Source: Lingula anatina (Eukaryota; Animalia; Brachiopoda). From it: a stretch of 64,000 nucleotides of DNA. The stretch spans positions 1,302,001-1,366,000 of the forward strand of contig CM120641.1 of assembly GCA_051362555.1 (NCBI GenBank), written 5' to 3'. The notes under the pieces were generated by a model, which was not told the origin of the DNA, did not search any database, and saw only the letters and a list, made by a program, of their open reading frames with translations. The position numbers and the translations under genes were made by a program. Positions 1 through 12,707 of this stretch are shown piece after piece (within the stretch, counting starts at the first letter, position 1; the number at the start of each line of letters is the position of its first letter).

Positions 1-579
1 GGTCCGTAGTTACTATTGAACTTGAATAGGAAGTCATATACTGGCAATCTATATGTGACCTTAAAATTGACCTTTGACCTACTTTTCACCATGAACTGAA
101 CTTTGCAAATTTTGCTTCCCTTTTATCTCCAAAACTGGCAGAGATAGGTCCATAGTTACTATTGAACTTGAATAGGAAGTCATATACTGGCAATCTAAAT
201 GTGACCTTAAAATTGACCTTTGACCTACTTTTCACCATGAACTGAACTTTGCAAATTTTACTTTCCTTTTGTCTCCAAAACTGGCAGAGATAGGTCCATA
301 GTTACTCTTGAACTTGAATAGGAAGTCATATACTGGCAATTTACTGTGACCTTGAAATTGACCCTTGACCTATCTTACGAAGAACTTAAATTTGATTGTA
401 CCATATATATTTTTTGCAAAAGTTTAAAAATTCTTGTTGATTGCATTTTTACAGCTTGTCAAGCACAAAACTGGTGCCTGTGTCCCTTATTTTGTGTATG
501 TGGGGGTCTATACGAATGCGCTTGCTCCAGCTGGTGGTACAATATTCGGAGGCGGTATCGCCTCTCTGATCCTCTAGTT
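1..579 (+). mobile_element. 3' part of a non-autonomous Helentron/HINE (DINE-1-like) element with an internal ~146-bp tandem repeat
   Basis: ~146-bp units start at 1, 147 and 293. The 3' end carries the subterminal repeat GCTGGTGGTACAAT, the hairpin GAGGCG-GTAT-CGCCTC and terminal CTAGTT. A near-identical terminus occurs in reverse at 42187-42257. Confidence 0.75.
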
Positions 580-1719
580 GATTTAATATTGTATTAAATT
601 TTCATTTGTGTAATTCCATATTGCATAAGACGAATGGAATTGATCATGAGAGAACAGTAATGAAGAGCGCTTTTAAAAAGTTTATCAACGTGCCTTTTGT
701 CATTTCCATCATAGATATGAATATTTTCATAGTCGCAGGGAAGAGAAAATGGATTAATTTGCCGGTTCATATGACTACTGAAGTTATTAACAAGTTTGCT
801 GTTCTCTGTCAAAGAATGAATCTGTCAACAGTTCACCGGAAAGGACCAGTAGCATAGAATTCACCACGAGTTAACGAAGGGATATGGTGTGTTAGCTTGG
901 GCGAGAAAGCGTCAGTTGAGAGAAAATATTTTTGCTGTTGTTGCGATTTGTGTGATTAATTGCTATAGGTGAGACAGCGACGTTCTTTATAATGACTTCG
1001 TCGTTAATTACTTCACACAAAGATTTTTCAACTTAAAGTAATTCTCTTTTCTAAAAAAAAATAATAATAATAAATTTCTTGCTTACTTGAAGATACATGG
1101 CTTCACGAATTTATCATGAACGCTCGAAATATTAACATTTGTAAACAATAAAGGTATGTGGTCACATTGTATAGATTCAGGTTGTAGGGCCTTTGAAACA
1201 TAGTTAAAGTGAAATATTTAAGGTGTACCCGTACACTCGGGATTAAGAGTTAAGAGCGTTCCGCCGCTCAGTCGGCAGAAACTTGGGTCAGTTTTTCTAA
1301 TTTCCCGGCTGTTGAACAAGCGCATCTGTTATCAAAAATATATTACTGCAGATGCTTTTGCCATCGTCTTGATAAGGAAATATAATAAACGATCTTAATG
1401 AATTCTTTATACGATAAAAGTTAGTTGTCCGTCACTTTCATAAAACAGACAATACCAAAGAAAAATCACAATGCTTGAACCACTCCCGGCTGTCATTTTG
1501 ATCGGCTTCAGAATATAATCCACCTCTCTTGTCTCCTATTGTAAATATTTTAAAACTCGATTAACAAATTTTCCAAAATCGCCTTACACAGTCTACTAGA
1601 ATTTAAATCGTTATTTAGTTGATATTCTTACTTCAAAGATCAACAGGGCAAGTGATAATGTTGCCCCCCCCCCCCACACACACACACACAAATGACCCTA
1701 TCTCACAACTCTGTATGTG

Positions 1720-1721
<2 letters not shown>

Positions 1722-1803
<82 letters not shown>
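1722..1803. repeat. (AAT)n/(ATT)n head-to-head microsatellite (self-complementary)
   Basis: A run of AAT is directly followed by a run of ATT. Confidence 0.9.
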
Positions 1804-1805
<2 letters not shown>

Positions 1806-2313
1806 AGAACTAGTGGTAGTATAGCCTACTTCAGTAGGTTCATAACAGATCAAGGTGACAAGCTAAATTGTTATTTCATATTTTGTTAGAAACCGGGAAA
1901 AAGATATGAAACACCTTCTTAACACTTTGTTTGGTTATTTTAAAACGAAAATTTTCTACGACGAAAACGACAAAAAATCTTTGATAAGATATATTACCTT
2001 CCTCATTGTGTTAGCTGAGACACTCTTTAGTATTCAGAGACAAGAAGGCGATGCACTTTAAAAAACAAAACAACATGGCCGAGTAGCTTGCAGGTGCCTT
2101 TGAGGTAAGTGCGACTAAAATATCTTATTTTCTCCCTCATGCATGCATATATTAACCATTTCTTCACTTGAGATTCCTCTTTGTTTCAACAAAAGTCGTT
2201 TGATATGCTTCATTTCAGAGTGTGGAGTTCATTTCAATGGAAATATAGCCAAAGCGACATACCGGTGCGTGACCTCATTTCTCGTCATTCATTCGACAGT
2301 CTGTCCAGCCGCA

Positions 2314-5300
2314 ATGTCCGGCGTCGAGTTACGATCTCTTGACGGAGGCGAAAACATTGAAATACCCAAGGAAAAATGCACCATCGGCAGAGGCACTCTT
2401 CTTAAGGTACGCTTTGTGTCCCTTGCGTGAGTGAGATTTATATATGATGCCTTTGTTGTTTTGTGTCGTCAGTCTGCACAAGTTACTGTGGAGAGATTGC
2501 TAATGAGATTTATATTCATGTCATGAATATTACGTAATCTGGATATTGTTCAGACACGATCCTCTCGGGTAGCAGTGGTTTCTAAGGAAATGTATGGAAA
2601 GTGCTTCAGCACTGATGGTAATGACACACATGACATTATAAAGTGTCGTGTCTTTCTTAGATAATTTAGGGAAAAGCACCATAGTGAAGCCATTTAAAAT
2701 AAATAAAAGCTGTGATTTACATCAAATGGCTAGATTGGCTAGAACATTTTCCTTCGTGAAAATGAACTTCTTTCCTTTATCTTAGGGAACACACCATCAT
2801 ATTAAAACTATTTCTTTGAAGAGGATATTAATAGAAAGGGAAGATCAAGTTTCAGAGATGAAAGCACACTGTTTTGTCAAAACATTGTGATTTGCTAGTT
2901 TGAGATGAGATCTAATTTCCTGCAGCAGGAAGCTTCTAAACTCAGAAATATTTTCTGCTGACAGATTTTATTAACCTGCCTGTAAGATTATTTGTATATC
3001 ATTTGCAATCATGCTTAAAGAAGTGGATGTAAAGAAGCTCACTTTGAGATACGGGTAACTCTTATTAGAATAAAAATTGTGTACTTGTATGCTATTTGGT
3101 ATATTTTCTGATTTAATTAGCAAAACCATAATCTGAAAAATGCATATTAATGCAACACGATGCAGGTAAACTGATGAAATTAATCCATAGTATATTGATT
3201 GCTGTAGAGGAGAAGACAATAAAGATTGATCTCGTTGGAAACATTCACAAATTGTCATTAACAGATATTTGACTATACTATAAAAAACCCAGGCATCCTG
3301 TTGTGGTAAAAAAAGAACTTCCAAAGACATTCTAGAAGTGGTTAAATCATGGTAATCTGTAAAAAAAACTTTCTACTCTCATAATTTCTCGTATGTATAT
3401 AGAGCCCTCTCAGCCATTTCTCAGGAGAAGACAATAAAGATTGATCTCGTTGGAAACATTCACAAAATGTCATTGACAGATATTTGACTATACTATAAAA
3501 AACCCAGGCATCCTGTTGTGGTAAAAAAAGAACTTCCAAAGACATTCTAGACGTGGTTAAATCATGGTAATCTGTAAAAAAACTTTCTACTCTCATAATT
3601 TCTTGTATGTATATAGAGCCCTCTCAGCCATTTCTGACTGTTACTGTATCATGTATGACAAATACTATGGGTAATGCTGGCAGTGCTTACTACAGCTACA
3701 GGGAAGTGTTTTGCAGATTATTATGCTGTTAAATTTGCACTGATTTAGTTGTTGGACACTTTATTATTGAGAATTAAGGATGTAATTTGAAACCTGTCAT
3801 TGAGATTTAAAATGTCCATGTCCATGTGCTAGCCAAAGGGGCACAGAATTATGGAGTGAAACATGGAGATTTATTTATTTATTTATTCATTTATTTTATG
3901 AGGGGGCTGTTAATGGCATGGTTTACTACATTAAGAAAAAAAATTGACACAACTTTGAGACTGTTGTCTAAGAGCCATTCCCATAGTGCTTTCAAAGTGT
4001 TTTTCCACCATTGCCATCCCTTTCCATTATGGAGTCTCATGTGGACTTATTTGATGCTATACAAATGGTGTTAAAACGGTATATTTATGTCAGATGATGG
4101 TAAGCAGTCTCAAACCTCTCCTCCCCTTCATACATAAAATAATCTCCTTTGCATTTTCTGAACCCTTGAGCTGATTCAGATTTTTTGCTTGTAAAGAAAA
4201 CACGTGCTATGAGAACTAGAAAGATCTGTAGTATAATAAAAGCCTAGGTATGAATAGAACACCTGAAAAGTCTCTGATATTTCATAAAAAATAGCATTTC
4301 TCTGGTCTGATCATGTAAATAATGAATACAGTAGAGTACACATTTATTACACCAGAATGTACTTGACAAAAAAGTACAGATAGAGGTATACATACAAGAA
4401 CAGGACACTAGGCCATACTATGATTCCACCATGTTGTCATGTGACGTAATGCAGTTTTGTTGCCATTTTATTGCAGGCTATTTCCTGTTTTCTCTATCAT
4501 ACTGTACATAAGGTTTATTTCAGCTTTATGTAGGCCCAAAGCAAATATAAAGTACCGTTCACCTCAAGGCTTATTATTTTTCTATATGTACTAATATTTT
4601 TTTATAGAAATGGTAATTATGATGAGAAGGCATTACTTCTGTATGACCTTAAAGCCCCCAGTAATTTTAACATTCAGCATGATAAAGATAATAATTTTGT
4701 TTGCTTTTGTAACAGACACTTACAAACCATAAAAAAGGGGTTGGGGACAGGGGAGAAATAACACACAGTACTAAATTCTTATTTCTTCTTTTCCATTTCC
4801 ATATATCATACAGCTTTAAAATCAAATGATGAACATAATGCCAGTCAGTTATTTATAGAATATGATAAATGATAGGAGTCGGGCAATTTTTTTGGTCTGC
4901 AGCTAGTATTATATTATATTATTAATGTGATTGATCGCTTAATTAAAAAGAATAGATACATTTTATTTCCAGAGTGATTGTTTTGTAACTTTTAAAAATC
5001 ATTTTCAAAAAATCTGCAAAACTGGGATGGGATGTCATAAAATTCATTTTATGAGTGACTGATAATGGTAAACCCCAATGATATAGAATATGGTACACAT
5101 GGGGCTTATACTGAATGAAAATTTCATTGAATCAAACTCCACAGAACTCGCACTGAATGTAATCAGATTAACATGCCTTCTCTTATTTCTGAAGTACTCG
5201 TAATATCACCAGCTTTTCTGTATTCTACTCAATACCAGCAGGCATCATCTTAATCTGTTAACCTGATTGCATTCAGCAACAGTTGGATCAATCTATGTAC

Positions 5301-8300
5301 AAAGAAAGTTTCATTGGGAATTAACCTAAAGAACATTATAGAAACTATTGACTGAGGTCTTGCCCATGTCACAGATACCAGGGTGTCCATAGAACATTAT
5401 TGAGGTGTTTAAAATTTGTGAATATTTACCATACTGTGTTCTCTCCACCAGGTCACAGATACCAGGGTGTCCATAGAACATTATTGAGGTGTTTAAAATT
5501 TGTGAATATTTACCATACTGTGTTCTCTCCACCAGGTCACAGATACCAGGGTGTCCATAGAACATTATTGAGGTGTTTAAAATTTGTGAATATTTACCAT
5601 ACTGTGTTCTCTCCACCAGGTCACAGATACCAGGGTGTCCATAGAACATTATTGAGGTGTTTAGAATTTGTGAATATTTACCATACTGTGTTCTCACCAC
5701 CAGGTCACAGATACCAGGGTGTCCATAGAACATTATTGAGGTGTTTAAAATTTGTGAATATTTACCATACTGTGTTCTCTCCACCAGGTCACAGATACCA
5801 GGGTGTCCATAGAACATTATTGAGGTGTTTAAAATTTGTGAATATTTACCATACTGTGTTCTCACACTCAGGTCACAGATACCAGGGTGTCCATAGAACA
5901 TTATTGAGGTGTTTAAAATTTGTGAATATTTACCATACTGTGTTCTCTCCACCAGGTCACAGATACCAGGGTGTCCATAGAACATTATTGAGGTGTTTAA
6001 AATTTGTGAATATTTACCATACTGTGTTCTCTCCACCAGGTCACAGATACCAGGGTGTCCAGGAACCATGCCACTCTGGAGGTGAATCCTGAGGGAAAGT
6101 TGATACTTACTCCTGTAAGTATTGTTATGTTCACAACCATGGATCAAATATGGTGCTTATTTGATTATAGATTCCTCCCACGCTGGCTGTCCCAGCAAGG
6201 GCAGAGCTGGTCATGTTTTCAAGTGGGTCACACCATATTAAAGTAAAGAAAATATGTCCAGTTAAAATGCTTTCAAGTTTATAAAGTATAATGCTCTGTA
6301 AAGTATAAAATGGTCAGTCATAAAACTTTTAATAACTGTAAATCAATAGATTCCAATGTTAAAGCATTATTCACACATGTCATTCAGATCCACACAAACC
6401 CCTGCTTCTACAGAAAGGCAGACGGAGCGGGCAAACAGTGCACCTTGCCCAAGGACAAACCGTTTACCCTGCAGCATGGAGACAAGTTTGGGCTGCTGCC
6501 AGAGAAGTTGTTCTTTGAGGTCGTCTACCTGGACATGAGAAATGGAGATGCAAAAGATGAAGAGACGGATGACGAGGGTGCCATGAAAATAGATTTAGAT
6601 GCAGGTATATGATAGTTTTATATGAGGTATAATGAATTTTTGTCATTTTGATGTGTGTTATGGTGATATTCATATTTTGCAGCCAGAAATGTTTTGCTTA
6701 CTATTAGATTGTTGCTGATGTTATTGGATTCAGAAAGGTGCCTTTAATATATCAAAAAGTGGTGCTTACAAATTTATTCTGTTCTCACATTCAAACTAGC
6801 ATTAAGATTATACACAATGTGAATGTAAGGAGATAACAAAACTCATAATGCAGTGTATTTCATCTCTATAACTCTAGTGTATTGAAGGCATTTGTAGAGC
6901 TTATTCCATGTTATTACAAGTCGTATCTGAATTCAGAAAAAACATCTGCAAAAGAGGAAATGGAAGAAGAGAATGGGAAAGATGAAAAGCAGGAAGTGAG
7001 TATCAGAGCTAAAAATGGAGACAAAAGCTAAGAGCCCACAATTGAACGTGGTTTATTTGTTTGGTGACATTTTTTCAAGGAAATTCAAGGAAAAGGAAAT
7101 TAACAGTCAGGAAAAATCAGATGGGAGATCTTTTAATACTTTGAAAACATCTCTTTGCAGTTTTATAATGTTGCTCTTCATGTACAGTCAATTAATATGA
7201 AAAATTCCACTAAGATTTGAATAAACTATAGCTAAACTTGTGATTGTTTGGTCTAAAAAACATTCATGGCTCATTCATGTCTCATGGTATCATAGGTACC
7301 ATGCATAGGTGTGGCGAGCACACAAGGATTTAGTCCCGACCTGTCTCGTCCCTAACCATGTCACCATTACTACTTCTGGTTTATAATGTGTGCTCAGTGT
7401 CTCTTGCCCAGCTCATGACTGTCATTTCCTGTTTGATTTTACAGGATGAGGAGACAAAGGAGGACAAGGAGATGGCCCTCCCATTAGATAAGAAGCGTAA
7501 ACTTCCAGACTGGATGGTAGAGGGAGCCACTGCCAAGAAAGGACCAGGTCCAAAAACGAAAGGGCAACTGAAATCTGGTATGTTTCATGTACAAATTCTG
7601 AACATGCCTGTTTTTATCTGAGTCCAAACAAATTGATTTATTATATTTCTCAGGACTGTTTTGTGTATGATATCAAAAAAAGGATGATTAGGAAAAGGCA
7701 AAATTTAGGTTTTGTTCATGTTGGAGAGTAACTATACTACTAAAAATAACAAATCTTGAAAAAAATATAAAAATATTGGTACTGCAGCAAGTTAGATCCA
7801 TAAAATTTGTTGGTAATTACTGAACATTCACCATTTTTAGTCTTTGAACATCAGATTTTAAGCAAGGGTAATATTGACACAGTGACAGTAATCCTTACAA
7901 AGGGAGACAACAGAAGACTTTGACTTTATGTCAGCAAATGATAGGTTGACGGACTTCACCAAGGAGTGAAAGGGCTGGCTGTAAATTAAAATTCTCCTGA
8001 AATTTTCTCAAAATTTTGTAATGCCGTTGTTAATTGATTCTCTTGAGTATCCAAAGATTTTGGGTTTGAAGAATCTTTTTACAGAGCAGTATATTTTAAA
8101 TTATGAAAGTCCATTCAGTTTATATGTTTATCTTTCAAAAAGTATGGCTAAGGCAAGTACCGCTTCAGGATTTTTTGGTAGGTGTTCATTGTTTTCATTT
8201 TCTTTGTTGTAGCTCCTTCAGAAAGAAAAAAGAAGGAAGAGAGTGAAGAGGAAGAAGAAGAAGAGGAAGAGGAAGAAGAAATACCAAAAAAGAAAGGCAA

Positions 8301-8656
8301 TAGAAGAAGGAAAGATGAAAGTGATGAAGATTTTGATGAAGAGGAGGAGGAAGAAACGCCCCAGAGAACAAGAGGAAAGCGCGGTAGGGGAAGACCAAGG
8401 AGAGGGGAGGAAAAAGACGATGATGATGATGACGATGACAGTGATGAGGATTGGGATGAAGAGGACATAAAACCCACAAAACGACCAAGAAGACGACCCA
8501 CAAGAAGAACGCGAACCCTGAGAAAACGGGGTGGCAGCAGTGAGGAAGACGATGATGAAGAGCCTTTATCACGCAGACGTCCTTCCAGGAGTGCTTCTTT
8601 GAAAAAGCCCATGTACAGTGAGTAAAATATTTGGCAAACAGTTACTTTTAAACAAG

Positions 8657-8697
<41 letters not shown>

Positions 8698-11321
8698 TAG
8701 GTGCTAAACAAACAGTTAACAAATGGTGTAGAATTTTATTTATTGTTGCGTTCATACTTTTGGTCATTGCTAGAATCAGTCCAGAGTTTGTATTAGTGCA
8801 TAAAATATAAATTTTATTAATAGATTATGAATTTTAGATTTCATGATTGTCACAATCACTTTTCTAATTTTTTGGCAACTCCTACTAGGCAGAAAATAAA
8901 ACAGAACAGAAATTCATATTTTACTTACCACATATTTGCTAAGTGTACCTTATTATTACAGCTGACGATTTCATTGTGAGTGATGAGGAACTGAGTGAAG
9001 AAGAAATTCCTCCTCGCAGACGTTCCAGTAAAGCCAACGAGGACAGTGACTACGTGATGGAGGAGGAATCCGGCAGCGACTGGGAGGCAGAACAGTCAGG
9101 GAAGAAAAAGGTATACCATGATGAAAGAAAAGTAGAGTCAATCTTGATTACTTTCTGGGCTGCTAATGTTAGGAGAAGACAAGATTGTTAACAAGGTCCT
9201 GTTTGAAAGTTACAGAGCCATTCCATGATCAGCTTCAAATTTGTTGTTTAGTGCTCATGTACAATTGATATTTTTTTTTTCTTGACACAAAGAAAACAGC
9301 CTCTTAAAATTTTAAGAAGTTTGATAATGTTAAAAATTAAATTTACTCTCCTTTATTGGTATTATTTTTATTGAGCAATGTATTTTGCAACATTTATATA
9401 AGGACTTGCTAAAAAAAAGCAACTTTTACTCCAGCTGGCTAATGCACATATTGACAATTTTCCTTGATTCAGGGCCGACCTCCGGCTAAATCAAATCGTA
9501 GAGGACGGGGAAGGCGTCGACAGAATGACAGCTCTGACTTTGATGATTCTGATGAGGAGGAGTACAAGCCACGTCCAAGTAAAAGGAGGGCTGCAGCAGC
9601 AGTAGCAGCACGGAGACAGAAAAAGAAGAAATTTGAATCTGAGTCTGAGGAAGAAGAGGAGGAAGAAGAAGAAGAAGAGGAGGAGGAGGAAATGGAAAAC
9701 TCTGAGGAGGAAGAAGAGAAAGTTAAAAAAGGTCAAAAGAACCAAAAGAAAAATGGTAAATCAGGAAAGAAGAGAAGACCATGTTTGCTAGGAAAAGCAT
9801 GTCACAAGTGAGTTTTACTTTAATTTTTGGAACCCTCATTGAAATGAGACCGAAAAAGGAAAAATACAAAATCATGGAAAACATTATTTTGGGGCAACAA
9901 ATGACTGTACTGGCAATCTATAAATTTAAAGATCTCATGTAAAGATTGTTTAATTTTACAACTTGTATTTCATGATATTTGTATTTATAAAAATTATATG
10001 TAATACATTTGTACTACAACTTAGAGTCGCCACTATATCTGAGATCTCAGTAGCAAGACTGATCCATTTTCAGCAGCATTTATTTGTAAACTGACTCGCA
10101 CTTGACTATACATTTTTCATATTAGAAAAAACCCAGGCCACTTTAATGAATTCTGCCATCCCGGTGACTCTGACTATGGCAGTGATGGAGAGGAGGAGAG
10201 TGAAGACAAAGAAGAGGAAGAAGCAAATGAAAGCACAAGGTAGATTACAATAGATTTTAATAAGGCTACATTCACAACAAGTTGATCCTGGAACTAGTCA
10301 AGTATGGCGTATTCTTGACAATGGATTCTCAAATCCCATTTGGCCATCTCAGCAGTGAGAGAGCAATTTTAAAATTTTGGCACAGTTTTAAGTGGGCCAC
10401 ACCATATTTGATCTGCAGACTGGTTAGTCCATGGATCAACTTGTTTTGAATGGGGCCTAATACAACAAAGAAAGGACACTTCTTATTCTGAGCTCAGTTT
10501 TTATCATTTACTGTTACACAGTCACAACTGTCTTCCAAATATGGGCATGTGTAAATATCACCATTTTAAGTTTCAAAGTTCATGTTTTGGTAAAGATTAA
10601 AAAGAATCCTATCTGTTGACTAAATTGCAAACTGTATCTTACTATCAAGAAAGAGTCCAAAATGGGAAACATTTTCCTAAATCTGTAACCGTGATTTGAT
10701 CCCAAGTTCTCCACGAGAAAAAAGGCAAGCAGTATGTGGGCATGTACGTGTGTTTTCTATACATTAACTGTAAAAATTAGAATTGTGTATTTTTTCTTTC
10801 TTAATAGGAAAACCCCACAGAAGACTAAAGGCAATAAAGGTAACAGTTAATATTTTTCATCGCACTGTAGTACCTCTCTGAATTTCATTGTATGATATAA
10901 CATCATCATCATAATCCTTTTCCTCTTGGGCCAAATAGAGACATGCCCAGAGTTGTTTCTGTTTCATTACTCCTGGTGCCTCATTTGGCACAGACCAGTG
11001 GCATTCATGATGGTGACTGAATGGCAGTATGGCAGTTGTTGCTTTTGAATTCTTGAATCTAAATTGTATGAATTTTACATTTTTCCTTTTCTGTTTCCAG
11101 ACAAAAAAGGAGATGAAGAAGAAGAAGAAGAAGAAGACCAGGAAGATGATGGCAAAGAGGATGAGGAGAATGAGCCTGAGGATCAGGGCAAAGAATCGGA
11201 TCCTGAGGAGCAGGAAGGGTCTGATTATGACCCAGATGGAGAGGAGGGGGATACTAAAAAACTTAACAAAGAGTCCAAAGGCAAAAGCAAAAAGGCAGTA
11301 AAACCTGTTCGAACAAAGTGA
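2314..11321 (+). CDS. APLF: Aprataxin and PNK-like factor (APLF)-like protein, 11 coding exons
   Basis: Exons 2314-2406, 6040-6114, 6388-6604, 6937-6995, 7445-7577, 8213-8617, 8962-9110, 9473-9807, 10126-10239, 10808-10839, 11101-11321 join in frame with GT-AG introns. PNK-type FHA domain (IGRGTLLKVTDTRVSRNHA..IHTNPCF), Ku-binding motif KKRKLPDWM, PBZ finger (RRPCLLGKACHKKNPGHFNEFCHPGDSDY) and acidic tracts. Confidence 0.85.
3208..3634. repeat. ~216-bp near-perfect tandem duplication in APLF intron 1
   Basis: GGAGAAGACAATAAAGATTGATCTCG starts at 3208 and 3424. This explains the duplicated minus-strand ORFs 2971-3330 and 3342-3596. Confidence 0.85.
5127..5299. mobile_element. Degenerate MITE; related copy at 50956-51153
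   Basis: Inverted arms CTGAATGTAATCAGATTAACA / TGTTAACCTGATTGCATTCAG; the same motifs occur in the MPG intron. Confidence 0.55.
5368..6060 (+). repeat. 84-bp minisatellite (8 full copies plus the exon-continuing copy) spanning the APLF intron 1/exon 2 acceptor
   Basis: Unit GTCACAGATACCAGGGTGTCCATAG...TCTCTCCACCAG starts at 5368, 5452, 5536, 5620, 5704, 5788, 5872, 5956 and 6040; the last copy runs into the true exon. Confidence 0.95.
10264..10457. mobile_element. Tourist/PIF-Harbinger-like MITE
   Basis: Imperfect TIRs GGCTACATTCACAACAAGTTGATCC / GGATCAACTTGTTTTGAATGGGGCC, flanked by TAA on both sides. Confidence 0.7.
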
Positions 11322-12433
11322 GACAATGGGAAAACAGGAACTTGACAATGCGATTTTTGGTAACCTTGTGTTACTAAATCTTCACAGGTGGAATATTCAT
11401 CATGAATGTTGTCAAGGGCTTTTTTTTTTCAACATTGATTTCTATGTACATTAAGCTCGAAACAGCTGCAATTCCAAACATTTTCAGCATCTCTGCTCTT
11501 GAAAAGAAGCCCAAATTTTACACAAATTCTGAAAGTCGACCATTGCCCCTGAGCAGGTGGCTCGCCTTACACAAGATTTTCAGTTATCAAGAATTGTTTA
11601 TTTTAAAATTTCCTTTAGAGCTCTCAAGCTCAGGGTGGCAATCAATAGTTTTTACATAATTTCAAGGGTATTTTTTTCAATTCCCCTGGTGCTGCACAAT
11701 AACCCTAAGTAAGAAACACCAGCATTTCACAATGACATATGTCAGTAATGGTTAGACGTATGCTTCCAGTTTTAATTGTTGTACATGTCAAATTTATTAG
11801 TCTGTATGTTATTCTTAGAACCAAGAATTATGATTTGTCTGTTGTAAATATTTGAGCTAGGTTGTCATTTTTGGGCAATTTCTGATGCTCTGCACATTTG
11901 CTTTCATTTTATTCCTTTCTCCCAGTTTTACATGACAGTTTATGAAACCTTCTGTGTTTTAAGTCTGCAAACAACTCCTAGTTTTAAGCATTTCCAAAAT
12001 GATTTGCACCCTTTATATAACAGTTTCAAACAGTATTTTATCAGAATTTATAATATTAAATCATATCTGTTATGATCAACAACAAGATAAGATTTATGTG
12101 TGGGTCATTCCACAAAAAAGTTATTTGTGTCATGGCAGTATCTTAAATTACTGTTGATTTCTTTCCATATTGGAGGGTACTATTATAGCATAAATTACGT
12201 AAATAAGTTGGGATGCAGATATTGTACAAAATATGTGCATCACTGACCTGATGCAAATGTCCATTTTTTTGTGGAATAACCTGCCTACAAAATAGTTGTT
12301 GTTACATTTGTGGAATACAACAGAAGAGATTTAATGCACGTGCCTATACATTTTTATTGCAGATTGAAGTTTTGACCAGTCCTGTGGGTTTTAGGTGATA
12401 GACTAGGTAGATATTATTTCAACAGCACCTTAG

Positions 12434-12707
12434 AGACTATTCCCAGGGATATCGTACTAACTTTGGATTGATCTATCTCCAAGGGGATTCTCACTGTATT
12501 GCTGTCAACTTAAGCGGCTTAATGTCTGTCACACCTACTAAAGTTGTTAGGGGGTAATTCACTTCTGGAGGCTGAGTTAATTACCCCATAGCTGATTCGA
12601 AAGGCGTGACAGACATCTAAGCTGCTTAAGTTGGTAGTGATTTAACGTGAATCCCCATGGAAATACACCAATCCTGTTGGATCGATCTAGGCATGGAAAC
12701 CCAGTCT
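12434..12707. mobile_element. Palindromic MITE family; other copies at 33294-33510 and 34260-34504 (inverted)
   Basis: Long imperfect internal inverted repeat. The termini GACTATTCCCAG.. and ..GGAAACCCAGTCT match the copy at 34260-34504 in reverse. Confidence 0.65.

Noticed and set aside
5326-6147. 273-aa and 230-aa repetitive ORFs, and a superficial CRISPR-like periodicity
   Set aside because: These are by-products of an 84-nt (3n) minisatellite. The units are near-identical with no unique spacers, there are no cas genes, and the context is a eukaryotic intron.
8148-11348. Minus-strand and alternative-frame ORFs rich in S/F/L or K/R/M over the APLF exons
   Set aside because: These are shadow frames of low-complexity GAA/GAT-rich coding exons.
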